64,000 nucleotides of DNA from Candidatus Kapaibacterium sp. GTDB lineage: Bacteria > Bacteroidota > Ignavibacteria > Kapaibacteriales > UBA961. The translations under genes were made by a program, and so were the position numbers. This document shows positions 27,029 to 36,387 of this stretch, piece by piece. Under the pieces are notes generated by a model. The model saw only the letters and a list, made by a program, of their open reading frames with translations. It was not told the origin of the DNA and searched no databases. The stretch covers positions 431,784-495,783 of the forward strand of contig JAXLVN010000003.1 of the NCBI GenBank assembly GCA_046328995.1, given 5' to 3'. Every line of letters begins with the position of its first letter. Within the stretch, counting starts at the first letter, position 1.

Positions 27029-28810
27029 TTACTGAATCACCTGACTAATAAGCGCAACGCTAAAAATTGATAATAAAAACCAACCGACAAAACCCTCAAT
27101 CACCGCTAAATACCGTGCAATGCCGAGCACGGGAATTTCTCCAAAACCTAGAGTAGAGAAGGCATTTAAGCTTGTCGTCGAGGCGTCTAAAAAGCGCATG
27201 AACACGGTCGAACATATCGTCGAGAAGACAATCACTGCGATTCCGCAGCCGATTATGGTGCGTTTGATACCGCGCCGCGTCTGCCACAAGCCGGCCATTG
27301 CCGAGATCCGGCGGATGAACCATCGCTTTGTCCTATACGTAAGCAATTCGAATGAAAAGAGTTGGCGATTGAATAATTTAAAATACCAGGGCAGATGTTG
27401 ATTATGCGTTTCGCAGTATTTACGGTATTGCTTATACTTTTCCTTCGTCGTCACCCGCACTTCGGTTTGCTCGTTGAAGAGCTCGAGAATGGTCTTATTC
27501 CTCGCGAAATAGTCCATATACAGCCGCACTTTATGAAAAAAACTCTCCCGTGCGTAGAGTCCGCTTTGGTACGGCATAAAAAAGTAAATCACTGCAAAGA
27601 CAGCCATCACCCAGGCGCTCCAGAAAAGTGCTTTCACGGGATTGGCGCCATAGTCGCAGAAGGTTTGCAAAAAGGCATTCATGAGCCAGTTGAAAAAACG
27701 GTTGAGCGTGAAATTCCGACGCACTTCGTGGGAGAGAAAGATGGTCTCGATGTCTTTCCACTCGATATAGCATTTATTGGCCGAGAGCATATTACCCTGT
27801 GCTTTGAAGGCAGTGTAAAAGGTTGAATAGGCAGTAATTAGCGTACTGTATAAGAATTCGTCCTTGAGCTCGGCGACGGAATTTCCGGTGATGAATTCTC
27901 CGGTTTCGGGGGCTTGAATGGCAATTTTTTTACCGGCAAATGAGGTCCATTGAACTTTCGCCGCCACGGTATTAAAGGAAAATGCTTCGAGGAGGAGAAC
28001 ATTTTTGAAGGTGCATCCATAACACATGAATTGATTCTGTATGGTGCTTTGAGCGAGCTTGATAGGAGCGGTGGAGATATTATTCATGAAGCGCAAGTTG
28101 TTGTAAATACTTGTGCCTAAGTCCACGAACCACCGGCGGTCATTCGCATATTCTGCGGGCAGAATGAACGTGCATTTGGAAATTTCGAGATCGACAGGAT
28201 TGGTGCGATTAATAAATTCGAGGATTTGCGGGAATTCACTCGTCTTGCGGATGACATACTTAAGCGTGTCGAATCCGGGATTGCGCACTAAATACGGATT
28301 AACGGTAAGAGTGCAGGAATTCAGGGTAATATGATCGCGCACTTCCTGCCGGATGAACCGACATCCATTCTGAAATTCACAGTGATGAAATTCCGTAAAA
28401 TCGACCGTATTATTAACGAGAATAACGACTTGCTTGAACGTACAATCGCGGAACTTGAGGCGTAAACTGTTGCATTTGAGGAAGGATACTCTGTCTTCGA
28501 AGACAAAGTCACGCACGAGATACCAAAAATCATCGGCGATGCTGCAGTTATCAAAGACGACGGCATATTTCACATGGATTTTGCGGCCGCCGTTGTCATA
28601 GCGGATATCATGTGCATTGTCGATCTCACGATTGAATTTGAAAGTACAATTCTTGAAATAAATCGTTTGAACGCTGTTGTGCATCTGCGGCTCGCCATGC
28701 TCGAGTTCATCGAAGGTTTGCATGAAATTCAGCGTCGCACCTTCCTGCACCCGCGCACCCGCCTGCAGGCATCCAAACAAGAAAAACAGCAGATAAAGGA
28801 GCTTTTTCAC
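27029..28810 (-). CDS. Membrane protein with a C-terminal cation-channel pore module (TM - pore helix - TLGFGE filter - TM) and a large N-terminal Cys-ladder beta-helix-like ectodomain
   Basis: Signal peptide; about 450 aa with recurring F..C.F rungs (FKNCTFKF, FDNCSIADDF, FRDCTFKQ, FHHCEFQNGCRF, LNSCTLTV, ISKCTFIL, GCTFKNV); one TM, a roughly 100-aa loop, then IIGCGIAVIVF...NAFSTLGFGEIPVLGIARYLAVIEGFVGWFLLSIF (K-channel-like P-loop). Confidence 0.6.
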   Translation of the reverse strand: MKKLLYLLFFLFGCLQAGARVQEGATLNFMQTFDELEHGEPQMHNSVQTIYFKNCTFKFNREIDNAHDIRYDNGGRKIHVKYAVVFDNCSIADDFWYLVRDFVFEDRVSFLKCNSLRLKFRDCTFKQVVILVNNTVDFTEFHHCEFQNGCRFIRQEVRDHITLNSCTLTVNPYLVRNPGFDTLKYVIRKTSEFPQILEFINRTNPVDLEISKCTFILPAEYANDRRWFVDLGTSIYNNLRFMNNISTAPIKLAQSTIQNQFMCYGCTFKNVLLLEAFSFNTVAAKVQWTSFAGKKIAIQAPETGEFITGNSVAELKDEFLYSTLITAYSTFYTAFKAQGNMLSANKCYIEWKDIETIFLSHEVRRNFTLNRFFNWLMNAFLQTFCDYGANPVKALFWSAWVMAVFAVIYFFMPYQSGLYARESFFHKVRLYMDYFARNKTILELFNEQTEVRVTTKEKYKQYRKYCETHNQHLPWYFKLFNRQLFSFELLTYRTKRWFIRRISAMAGLWQTRRGIKRTIIGCGIAVIVFSTICSTVFMRFLDASTTSLNAFSTLGFGEIPVLGIARYLAVIEGFVGWFLLSIFSVALISQVIQ

Positions 28811-28870
28811 GCAGTAAGCAATCCTAAGTTATGCAATGAGTTGTGTACGAAATCCGGCCGCCGTTACCTC

Positions 28871-30268
28871 TCAATGAAAAAACCGTTTCATCACATCATT
28901 ATAGAGTACAAATGCCATTAAGCCGAGGAGTAGAAACATTCCAATTTGCTGAAACGCCATCTTTGCCTTCACCGATACTTCGCGGCGCAGAACTGCTTCA
29001 ATGATAATGAACACCAAGTGTCCGCCATCGAGGGCAGGGATGGGAAGAATATTGAGCACAGCGATGGAAACAGATAATTTAGCAACGAGTTCGATGAAAT
29101 CCCAGAACCCGCGTTGTGCGACTTGTCCCGCAATTTGCATAATTTGCAAAGGTCCGCCGATGGTCTCCTTAAATGACACCACACCGCTGAAAATTTTCCC
29201 GATAATTCCAAAGAACATACCGACTTGATGTACGGTTTCATTCCAACCAATAGCGAGCGATTCGCCAAAGGTATAGCTTTTTTGCACTGCCGGTCCATCA
29301 AAAATCATCGCATGTCCGAGTCCTACCCGCCAGCGTTTGACGCCTTCATCATAGGTAGGTGACATCGTCGCCCTCTTTTCCTCTGTACCATGTTTCCAGA
29401 CAAGCTCAAGGGGCTTGCCTTGATTCTCGGTAATGAGCGTGATAAACTGTTCAGCACCGATCACCGGAACTGCATTCGCCGAAAGTAATGTATCGCCTGT
29501 CTGAACGCCTGCTTTCCCGGCAGGCATATTAGCCTCGACGGCGACTACGATAATTTTAGAACCGACAGGGAACATGCCGAGACCTTTTTTCTGCGTCAAG
29601 GCATCTAAAAACAAACGTCCATTCGTTGTTAAGCGTTCGGTGCGTCCGCCACGTTCTATGGTAACTGTGCGATCGGCACCCACATCTTTGATGGTTAATT
29701 CTTCAATTAAATTTTCCCAGGAAGTAATCCGCGATTCACCAATAGAGGTGATTTTATCACCGGACTGAAAACCGGTTTTTTCTGCAACTGAATTTTTCTC
29801 AACATACCCGATCGAGGTAATAGGATGAATTTCCTTGCCATTAAATACAGCCACCGCGAAGAACACGCTAATGGCGAGCAAAAAATTCATAATCACACCG
29901 GCACTAATTACAAATGCTTTTTGGAGGGCATTTTTAGAACGGAACTCATAGGGTTGAGGCGCGGTTTTGAGCTGTTCGGAGTCCATACTTTCATCAATCA
30001 TCCCGACAATTTTCACATACCCGCCAATAGGTAAAAGACAAAGGCGATAATCGGTATGACCGCCGCCGTCCCAATCGTCGGCTAATTTCCCGAAGGTGAA
30101 GCCGGTGATTTTATTCCAGCCGAAAAGGCGCATACCCATACCGAGTGCGAACACATCAGCACGCATACCGCACATACGGGCAGCGGCGAAGTGGCCGAAC
30201 TCGTGAAGGGAAACGATAATTCCTAAAGCACCAATAAATGCAAGTATTTCCTGAATCGAAAAGCCCAT
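28871..30268 (-). CDS. rseP: RIP metalloprotease RseP (site-2 protease)
   Basis: HEFGHF zinc motif at the N-terminus, PDZ region, LDGG motif near the C-terminus; conserved dxr-rseP neighbourhood. Confidence 0.85.
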   Translation of the reverse strand: MGFSIQEILAFIGALGIIVSLHEFGHFAAARMCGMRADVFALGMGMRLFGWNKITGFTFGKLADDWDGGGHTDYRLCLLPIGGYVKIVGMIDESMDSEQLKTAPQPYEFRSKNALQKAFVISAGVIMNFLLAISVFFAVAVFNGKEIHPITSIGYVEKNSVAEKTGFQSGDKITSIGESRITSWENLIEELTIKDVGADRTVTIERGGRTERLTTNGRLFLDALTQKKGLGMFPVGSKIIVVAVEANMPAGKAGVQTGDTLLSANAVPVIGAEQFITLITENQGKPLELVWKHGTEEKRATMSPTYDEGVKRWRVGLGHAMIFDGPAVQKSYTFGESLAIGWNETVHQVGMFFGIIGKIFSGVVSFKETIGGPLQIMQIAGQVAQRGFWDFIELVAKLSVSIAVLNILPIPALDGGHLVFIIIEAVLRREVSVKAKMAFQQIGMFLLLGLMAFVLYNDVMKRFFH

Positions 30269-30331
30269 AGTATAATCCTAGTTAAGTAGTAATTGTTCTA
30301 AAATTGTGATGAACGCACCGACGTGTATCGT

Positions 30332-31489
30332 TCACCGCACGTTCAGGCATTCGTTCCGCGCAAAACGCCGGGTTTCGGCATCGGCGGCGGCAATGTCCCC
30401 TAATGACGGATGAGAACGGCTCTGTACCTGTTGCAAGCTGCTGCCGATAATCACCGGAATATCGATATACCGTATCGATTCCTTTAAAAACGCCTGTACT
30501 GCTATCTCATTAGCTGCATTGAGGATAGCAGGAGCTGTGCCGCCCATGGCAAGCGCATCAAAGGCAAGCTGCAGGCAAGGAAATTTCTCGAAATCCGGCG
30601 GAAAAAAGGTTAATTGACCCATCGCCGCCAAGTCTAAGCGCGGAAAATTCATCGGCTTGTGATGCGGGAAATGCAACGCATATCCAATCGGTACCCGCAT
30701 GTCCGGCGTGCCAAGCTGCGCTTTCACACTTCCATCCTGAAACTGCACCATCGAATGAATAATACTCTGCGGATGCACGAGCACATCAATTTTCTCGGGC
30801 GGTAAATCAAAAAGCCACTTGGCTTCAATCACCTCAAAACCCTTATTCATCAGCGTTGCCGAATCGATCGTAATTTTATTACCCATCGACCAGTTAGGAT
30901 GACGCAATGCCTGCGCAAGAGTTATCGACGGAAAGTCTTCTTTGGCTACCCCGCGAAACGGACCACCCGAAGCCGTCAAAATTATCTTTTCAATTTCCGA
31001 AGTATCCTCACCAGCCAAACACTGCAGAATCGCGCTATGTTCGCTGTCAACAGCAAGCAGCGGCACGTTCTTTTCCCGTGCTGCGCGCGTGATAATTTCA
31101 CCGGCGCTGACGAGCGTTTCTTTATTGGCAAGCGCAATATGAGCGCCATTTTCAATTGCAGCGAGCGTTGGCATGACTCCACTGAAGCCGACAAGTGCCG
31201 ACATGACAATATCATTGCGACTGTCACCTGCGGCTGCAATCACGCCTTCTTCGCCGCAGAGGATTTCTCCGGTGAAGCTTGTCATGCGCTTGAATTCCTG
31301 ATAGCATTCCTCATTCGAAATCGCCACACCGCGCGGATGATACCGCTTGATTTGTTCGTCGAGTTCGGCAATTTTGGAATTGACGGTCAGATAATTAATA
31401 TCCCACTCATCGCGTGTAAGATCCAATATCTCAAGCGTTTGGCAGCCAATCGAACCGGTCGAACCGAGTATGGAAATTGATCTGTTCAT
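30332..31489 (-). CDS. dxr: 1-deoxy-D-xylulose 5-phosphate reductoisomerase
   Basis: ILGSTGSIGCQTLEI NADPH-binding N-terminus; length 385 aa. Confidence 0.9.
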   Translation of the reverse strand: MNRSISILGSTGSIGCQTLEILDLTRDEWDINYLTVNSKIAELDEQIKRYHPRGVAISNEECYQEFKRMTSFTGEILCGEEGVIAAAGDSRNDIVMSALVGFSGVMPTLAAIENGAHIALANKETLVSAGEIITRAAREKNVPLLAVDSEHSAILQCLAGEDTSEIEKIILTASGGPFRGVAKEDFPSITLAQALRHPNWSMGNKITIDSATLMNKGFEVIEAKWLFDLPPEKIDVLVHPQSIIHSMVQFQDGSVKAQLGTPDMRVPIGYALHFPHHKPMNFPRLDLAAMGQLTFFPPDFEKFPCLQLAFDALAMGGTAPAILNAANEIAVQAFLKESIRYIDIPVIIGSSLQQVQSRSHPSLGDIAAADAETRRFARNECLNVR

Positions 31490-31498
31490 GAGCTTGAT

Positions 31499-33139
31499 TT
31501 ATGAAAAATCCTGGGTAATATCACGCTGCTGCCGGGTAGAATAGAATTTAAACTCATTCGGCCGCACGACATCACTTTGCTGCAGTTTTATCTTGAGGAA
31601 ATGTTTAATCATCAGGCGTGAGAGCTTGGAAATCGACCCTTCGAGCAGGTATTCTGCCATCGTCGGATGCACAAGCAGAAGCAACGAAAATTCCCGTGAA
31701 CCCATGCGGAAGGTATGCAGCCAGCGTTCTATCGCATTGAAAATCACCGATCGTGACTGCACGCGACCCGTGCCGGCGCAGGTCGGACAATTATCACTCA
31801 GGCGTTCGGTAATATTCTGACGCACCCGTTGACGGGTAATCTGCATAAGTCCCAGCGGAGTAAGCGGATACACCGTCGATTTCGCGCGGTCGCGATTCAT
31901 CTCCCGTCGCATTTCATTAAATACTTTCTTGCGGTTTTCCTCAAACGCCATGTCGATAAAGTCGATAAGAATAATACCTGCTGCATCACGCAACCGGAGC
32001 TGCTGCGCCACGGCATAGACGGCTTCAAGATTGGTTTTGAGAGAGTTACGCTCTTGCTCGTGGTCGCTCGACGCACGGCCGGAATTCACATCCACGACAA
32101 ACATCGCCTCGGTCTGATCAAGTACGATCGAGCCGCCGCTAGGAAGTGTAATTTTGCGGGCATATGTGTCAGAAATCGCCTTTTCAAGTCGGTACGCGTC
32201 GAAAATCGGCTTTTTACCGGTATATAATTCTACTTTGGATGCCAGATCCGGTGAAGCCCAATTGAGGTAATTGGTGACTTCATTGTATAATTTCTTGGAA
32301 TCGACTGCCACGCGCATCACATCATTCGTAAATAAATCACGAATCACGCTTCCGGTGAGGTTTTTATCGCGGTAGAGGAGGGCAGGGTGGTTGTTGGATT
32401 TCTTTACATTTTCCTCAACTTCTTTCCAGATATCGAGTAAATGTTCCCAATCGCGGCGGAGTTCGGTTTCGCTCTTTTCTTCGGCAGCGGTCCGGATAAT
32501 ACATCCAAATCCTTCCGGCAGAATAGACTTAGCAAGTCGGCGAAGTCGCTTGCGTTCTTTAATAGACTGAATTTTTCTCGACACACCAATCGCAGACTCA
32601 AATGGCATAAGCACCACATAGCGCCCGGCCATCGACACTTTTGTGCTTACGCGCACGCCTTTGGAGGAATATGCCTCGCGCACGACCTGAACGATGATAT
32701 TTTGCTTGGGTTGGAGACCAATCGACACCACGCCCGAACGTTTGGTAGAGAACGTCGGCAGCGGTTTTACGGATTTTTTGGACTTCGACGGAGATTTACG
32801 GAGCGCCATCGCAGCCGAATCGGTGAGTTTTGCGTCGGCAATCGGCGGGAGGAACGGTTCGTCGTCATCCTCATCGTCATCTTCTTCTTCGGTAATGAAC
32901 GAATCTTCGAGCGAAGAGTCCACATCCGAGAAATGCAGGAATCCATCCTGACCAATACCAATATCGATAAAAGCGGCATTCATTCCTTGAATGACTTTGC
33001 CTACTCTACCCATGTAAATATTGCCAACTAAACGCTCTTTATCGGGAATTTCTATAAAAAGTTCGGCAAGGTCGCCGTTTTCGGTAATCGCTATTCGCAC
33101 CTCATTGAGGGCGGCGTTTATAATAATTTCTTTCTTCAT
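31499..33139 (-). CDS. rng: Ribonuclease E/G family protein (RNase G-like) with an acidic insert
   Basis: S1 domain (..GNIYMGRVGKVIQGMNAAFIDIG..), DNase-I-like catalytic region, Zn-link CPTCAGTG; insert EEEDDDEDDDE. Start taken at MKKEII. Confidence 0.8.
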   Translation of the reverse strand: MKKEIIINAALNEVRIAITENGDLAELFIEIPDKERLVGNIYMGRVGKVIQGMNAAFIDIGIGQDGFLHFSDVDSSLEDSFITEEEDDDEDDDEPFLPPIADAKLTDSAAMALRKSPSKSKKSVKPLPTFSTKRSGVVSIGLQPKQNIIVQVVREAYSSKGVRVSTKVSMAGRYVVLMPFESAIGVSRKIQSIKERKRLRRLAKSILPEGFGCIIRTAAEEKSETELRRDWEHLLDIWKEVEENVKKSNNHPALLYRDKNLTGSVIRDLFTNDVMRVAVDSKKLYNEVTNYLNWASPDLASKVELYTGKKPIFDAYRLEKAISDTYARKITLPSGGSIVLDQTEAMFVVDVNSGRASSDHEQERNSLKTNLEAVYAVAQQLRLRDAAGIILIDFIDMAFEENRKKVFNEMRREMNRDRAKSTVYPLTPLGLMQITRQRVRQNITERLSDNCPTCAGTGRVQSRSVIFNAIERWLHTFRMGSREFSLLLLVHPTMAEYLLEGSISKLSRLMIKHFLKIKLQQSDVVRPNEFKFYSTRQQRDITQDFS

Positions 33140-33289
33140 CGGGAATGTTCGTGCGTAAAATAGATTGCTGTGCGCCAAATATACGGAAAAATACACTCTT
33201 AGCAGGGCATCGGTAGGAAATTACTTGGTTGCTTCTCAGAGTTAACTACTTGGTGAAGTATGAAGTAACGGAGAAACCGCCTAAAAATA

Positions 33290-33400
33290 AAATTGGTCAA
33301 GCTGACCGTAACACTCTGAGAGCAAACTGACCGTTGCTTCCTTCCGGACCTGGCGGGGTTGGGTTCGTCTCAGTCGCACGGGACTTGACCAAGCGCAAAA
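33290..33400 (-). ncRNA. ffs: Signal recognition particle RNA, small (4.5S) type
   Basis: The minus strand contains CAGGUCCGGAAGGAAGCA, the conserved SRP domain-IV motif. It is embedded in a closed helix (GGTCAAG ... CTTGACC) and followed by a T-rich tract. Confidence 0.8.
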
Positions 33401-33618
33401 CTACGGAAAATTGCCCATTCTGCCAAAAAAAGGGTAAAAATAACTTTCAGAGAGAAGGAGAAGTGAGTTCGGTTCTGCATCTTCCCACCGCGCGTCTGCG
33501 GTCACCCATGGCCGTCCAAGCCGAGAGGAGAAAGGCATTTTCGTTATGTCGGTAGAGGCGCGATGCACCCGTGTCTCTACAGGATCATCCGGATTTATCC
33601 GGTGGAGGAAAGATTACT

Positions 33619-34359
33619 TCACCACGCCCGAATAACCTCCACTCCAAACGAACGCCCCACAGCCGTCGAAATCGTCCCGGTCAGATCATGCGCCAGTATT
33701 TCAATCGTCACGCCGCGGGAGACTGACCACCGCGCGCCGAGATTCATAACGAGATGAAGAGTATTGGTTGCTGCCGGAGAGGCGAGGATGATTTCCGGCA
33801 GAAGTGCTATCGTCGGCCCGATGGATTGTTCGACACCGGCATATCCTGCAAGCGCATGCGCTCCGCCGTAGAATCCGCCATGAAGAGCGGTCGCGCCGAG
33901 GGGTGAACGGAAATTTTTACTGATTGAAATCCAGCCGCTCATCGAATGTGATTGCAGGTACTCCTGACTGAAGAGTCCGTTGGACCGGGAGGAAATGCCG
34001 ATGGCGATGGCAGGGAAGGTGCGCTTTTCGTCCACAAGGCGGTACCTCGCGCTGATGGCGGGCATCAATACTTCAACCGGCGCGGCGCTGATGGCATTCC
34101 GTGCTGTAGCAGTGAGAGCGAGATTGAAATTTTTAAAAATTGCAGCCGAGAAGTCTGCCGTGAGATTACCCTGCGGCGCAATTCGTATTCCAAGGCAGTA
34201 GGTGGAGACAGGAAGTACACCGGCAGTAGGCATATCCACGATTGATCGGGACTCGAATAATGCAGCGCTGCCGGCAGTCGCCTGCGCTCTGGTCGTGGGG
34301 ATATGGGCGAAAGCAACAAAAAGGCAGAACACGAGAAAACAGGAGGATGAACGACACAT
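33619..34359 (-). CDS. Hypothetical outer-membrane beta-barrel protein
   Basis: Signal peptide, alternating beta-strand pattern, C-terminal ...GVEVIRAW with a terminal Trp. Confidence 0.45.
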   Translation of the reverse strand: MCRSSSCFLVFCLFVAFAHIPTTRAQATAGSAALFESRSIVDMPTAGVLPVSTYCLGIRIAPQGNLTADFSAAIFKNFNLALTATARNAISAAPVEVLMPAISARYRLVDEKRTFPAIAIGISSRSNGLFSQEYLQSHSMSGWISISKNFRSPLGATALHGGFYGGAHALAGYAGVEQSIGPTIALLPEIILASPAATNTLHLVMNLGARWSVSRGVTIEILAHDLTGTISTAVGRSFGVEVIRAW

Positions 34360-34473
34360 AGATGTTAATTAACCCCACAAAACGGAACTTTTACCGTTCT
34401 CGGAAAGTATGCAGAAAAGTGAAAAAGAGTACGCCATATCCATATTTCTCCAACGCTTTTTCCTACTTGTACT

Positions 34474-34725
34474 ATGACTGATGTATTTACAACGTTTTCT
34501 GAAGTGTATCGTGCGCTTGAGCAGTACATGCTTTCCGTCGGTGCGCCGCCACGCCAAATCTCACTCCCTACGGTTCTCTACTTTCAATTACTCGAGATTC
34601 AGGCAGAGCAGGCAATGCTTGCCGAGTCGGAATTCCCGTGTTATATTTATCTGACGACGGACTACGGCGATATCCCTGTCGTGCTCGACGACCAGCTTCC
34701 GGGTGATTATATCTCTTTGGAATAA
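34474..34725 (+). CDS. Hypothetical small cytoplasmic protein (83 aa)
   Basis: Only ORF in a 460-nt gap. Non-repetitive, protein-like composition; no motif. Confidence 0.3.
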   Translation: MTDVFTTFSEVYRALEQYMLSVGAPPRQISLPTVLYFQLLEIQAEQAMLAESEFPCYIYLTTDYGDIPVVLDDQLPGDYISLE

Positions 34726-34819
34726 TTGATACTTCACGATGATGTGTTCGCACAGCGCCGCACCACGTGCGATGAATATTCTCTGCACCGGTGCGACGTT
34801 GCATTACGAGCCATCATAC

Positions 34820-36028
34820 TTATTCCTTCACCAATTTCTGCATCACCGATTCACGACCGCATTCAGCGCGAAGGAGATAGACTCCGCTTGCCAGATTGCT
34901 TGTTGGGATATGTGCGACGTCATCCGAACATTCAACAGACTGCATCAATTCACCCATGACGTTTACGAGGGTCAGACGGATGGTGCGCCCATGCCATTGA
35001 GCCGGAAAACGCAGGGATGTGCCTGTATTTCCTGCGGGTTGCGGGAAAATTTTCACTGAATTTTGCGCTTCGTATTCTTCTTCTTCTACACCAACGGGCG
35101 TATAGGGCTGGCGATAGATGCCGTCATCGGTGCCGGCGATCAGATAATCTTTGGTAATGATGAGACTATTGACACTCGGATTACCTAAATTTTGACGGAA
35201 TTGCTGCCACGAGCGGCCACTGTCAGCCGAGGCAAAGACGCCGTCTTTACCCGTACCGACATAGAGATAATTATATTTTCCACCCATGGTGATTGCACGG
35301 ATTTCGCGTCCTGCGATGCCGGCACTGATGTCGGTCCAGGAGCTGCCGCTGCTGAGTGAACGGAATGCGCCGCCGCCAAGTGTACCGGCATACACAAGGG
35401 AAGTGCTTGGAGAATAGAGAGCTTTGACAAATGGATTCGTAACACCGGTATCGGACTTGAGCCATGTGGCGCCGTTATCAGCCGAACGGAAAATACCATT
35501 GCCGAAGGTGCCGGCAAAAATGGTTTCTCCATTCATTACCATAGAATAAATCCATTCATTGCTTAGCCCTTTTGCTTGCCAATTTGCTCCATTGTCTGTC
35601 GAGACATAGATGCCTGTCACATTCGTACCGGCAAAGAGATAGGCGCCGTCACGTACCATGAGCGACTGTACGGAAATTCCTTTCGGAATATTGCCGTTGG
35701 CATCGGTCCAGTTCTGTCCGTTGTCGTCCGAGCGAAGCACACCTTCGCCGGCTGTCCCGCAGAACATTTTATCGCCTTTTGCGATCAGCGTGAAAATCGT
35801 GCGTGTCGGTAATGCTATGCGTTTCCAAGTGTTACCATCGGATTCGAGCTGATAGACACCTTCATTAGTGCCCGCGAAAAGAACGCCGTCTTTCTCGGCA
35901 AAGCAGTAAGCGGAGGTGCCTTGGAAGGACATTTTTTCCCAATTCTGCGCCGATACAGTATTGTTCAAACACAGAAAGAAGGCAAGAAGCAGGGGTAAAA
36001 ACGCAGGTAAACGTCGTAGAATAGTCAT
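34820..36028 (-). CDS. BNR/sortilin-Vps10-like repeat protein with a T9SS C-terminal sorting domain
   Basis: Repeated ..S.D.G.TW.. BNR motifs (SDDNGQNW, STDNGANW, SADNGATW, SADSGRSW). The C-terminal 80 aa (KIFPQPAG...GVYLLRAECGRESVMQKLVKE) matches the T9SS type-A CTD pattern. Confidence 0.7.
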   Translation of the reverse strand: MTILRRLPAFLPLLLAFFLCLNNTVSAQNWEKMSFQGTSAYCFAEKDGVLFAGTNEGVYQLESDGNTWKRIALPTRTIFTLIAKGDKMFCGTAGEGVLRSDDNGQNWTDANGNIPKGISVQSLMVRDGAYLFAGTNVTGIYVSTDNGANWQAKGLSNEWIYSMVMNGETIFAGTFGNGIFRSADNGATWLKSDTGVTNPFVKALYSPSTSLVYAGTLGGGAFRSLSSGSSWTDISAGIAGREIRAITMGGKYNYLYVGTGKDGVFASADSGRSWQQFRQNLGNPSVNSLIITKDYLIAGTDDGIYRQPYTPVGVEEEEYEAQNSVKIFPQPAGNTGTSLRFPAQWHGRTIRLTLVNVMGELMQSVECSDDVAHIPTSNLASGVYLLRAECGRESVMQKLVKE

Positions 36029-36387
36029 GATAATTCCCTCAAATACTGAGTAAAAAGAGTTGTTGATTATTTTTCATGTGCAAATTTACGGTAATACGGG
36101 AAATGTTGGTAGGAAACACTGTATTTCAGCGATAAAAGTAAGCAGACAAGCACCCGGTACGAGTATCCGAGCCTTGAATGACGGCAACGCACGCACGTAT
36201 GAAGTATCGAAAAATCAAGATATCGTGCTCCGGCGAAGGAGAGGGCGGTAGATAGTGCTCCGTAAATAAACTCTATATTTGTAAGGGATAAATTAAATAA
36301 CAGTCCTGTTATTTACATACATGACTTTTCAGAACAATCTCTCACAACACATACATTCATATTATCAATAATTGAATCATTCAGCAT

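Noticed and set aside
33200-33620. Possibility that this gap encodes RNase P RNA or tmRNA
   Set aside because: Neither the RNase P GGAAAGUCCGG/ACAGAAACCGGCUUA-type motifs nor a tmRNA tRNA-like 3' end and tag ORF are present. The region is instead explained by the SRP RNA motif.
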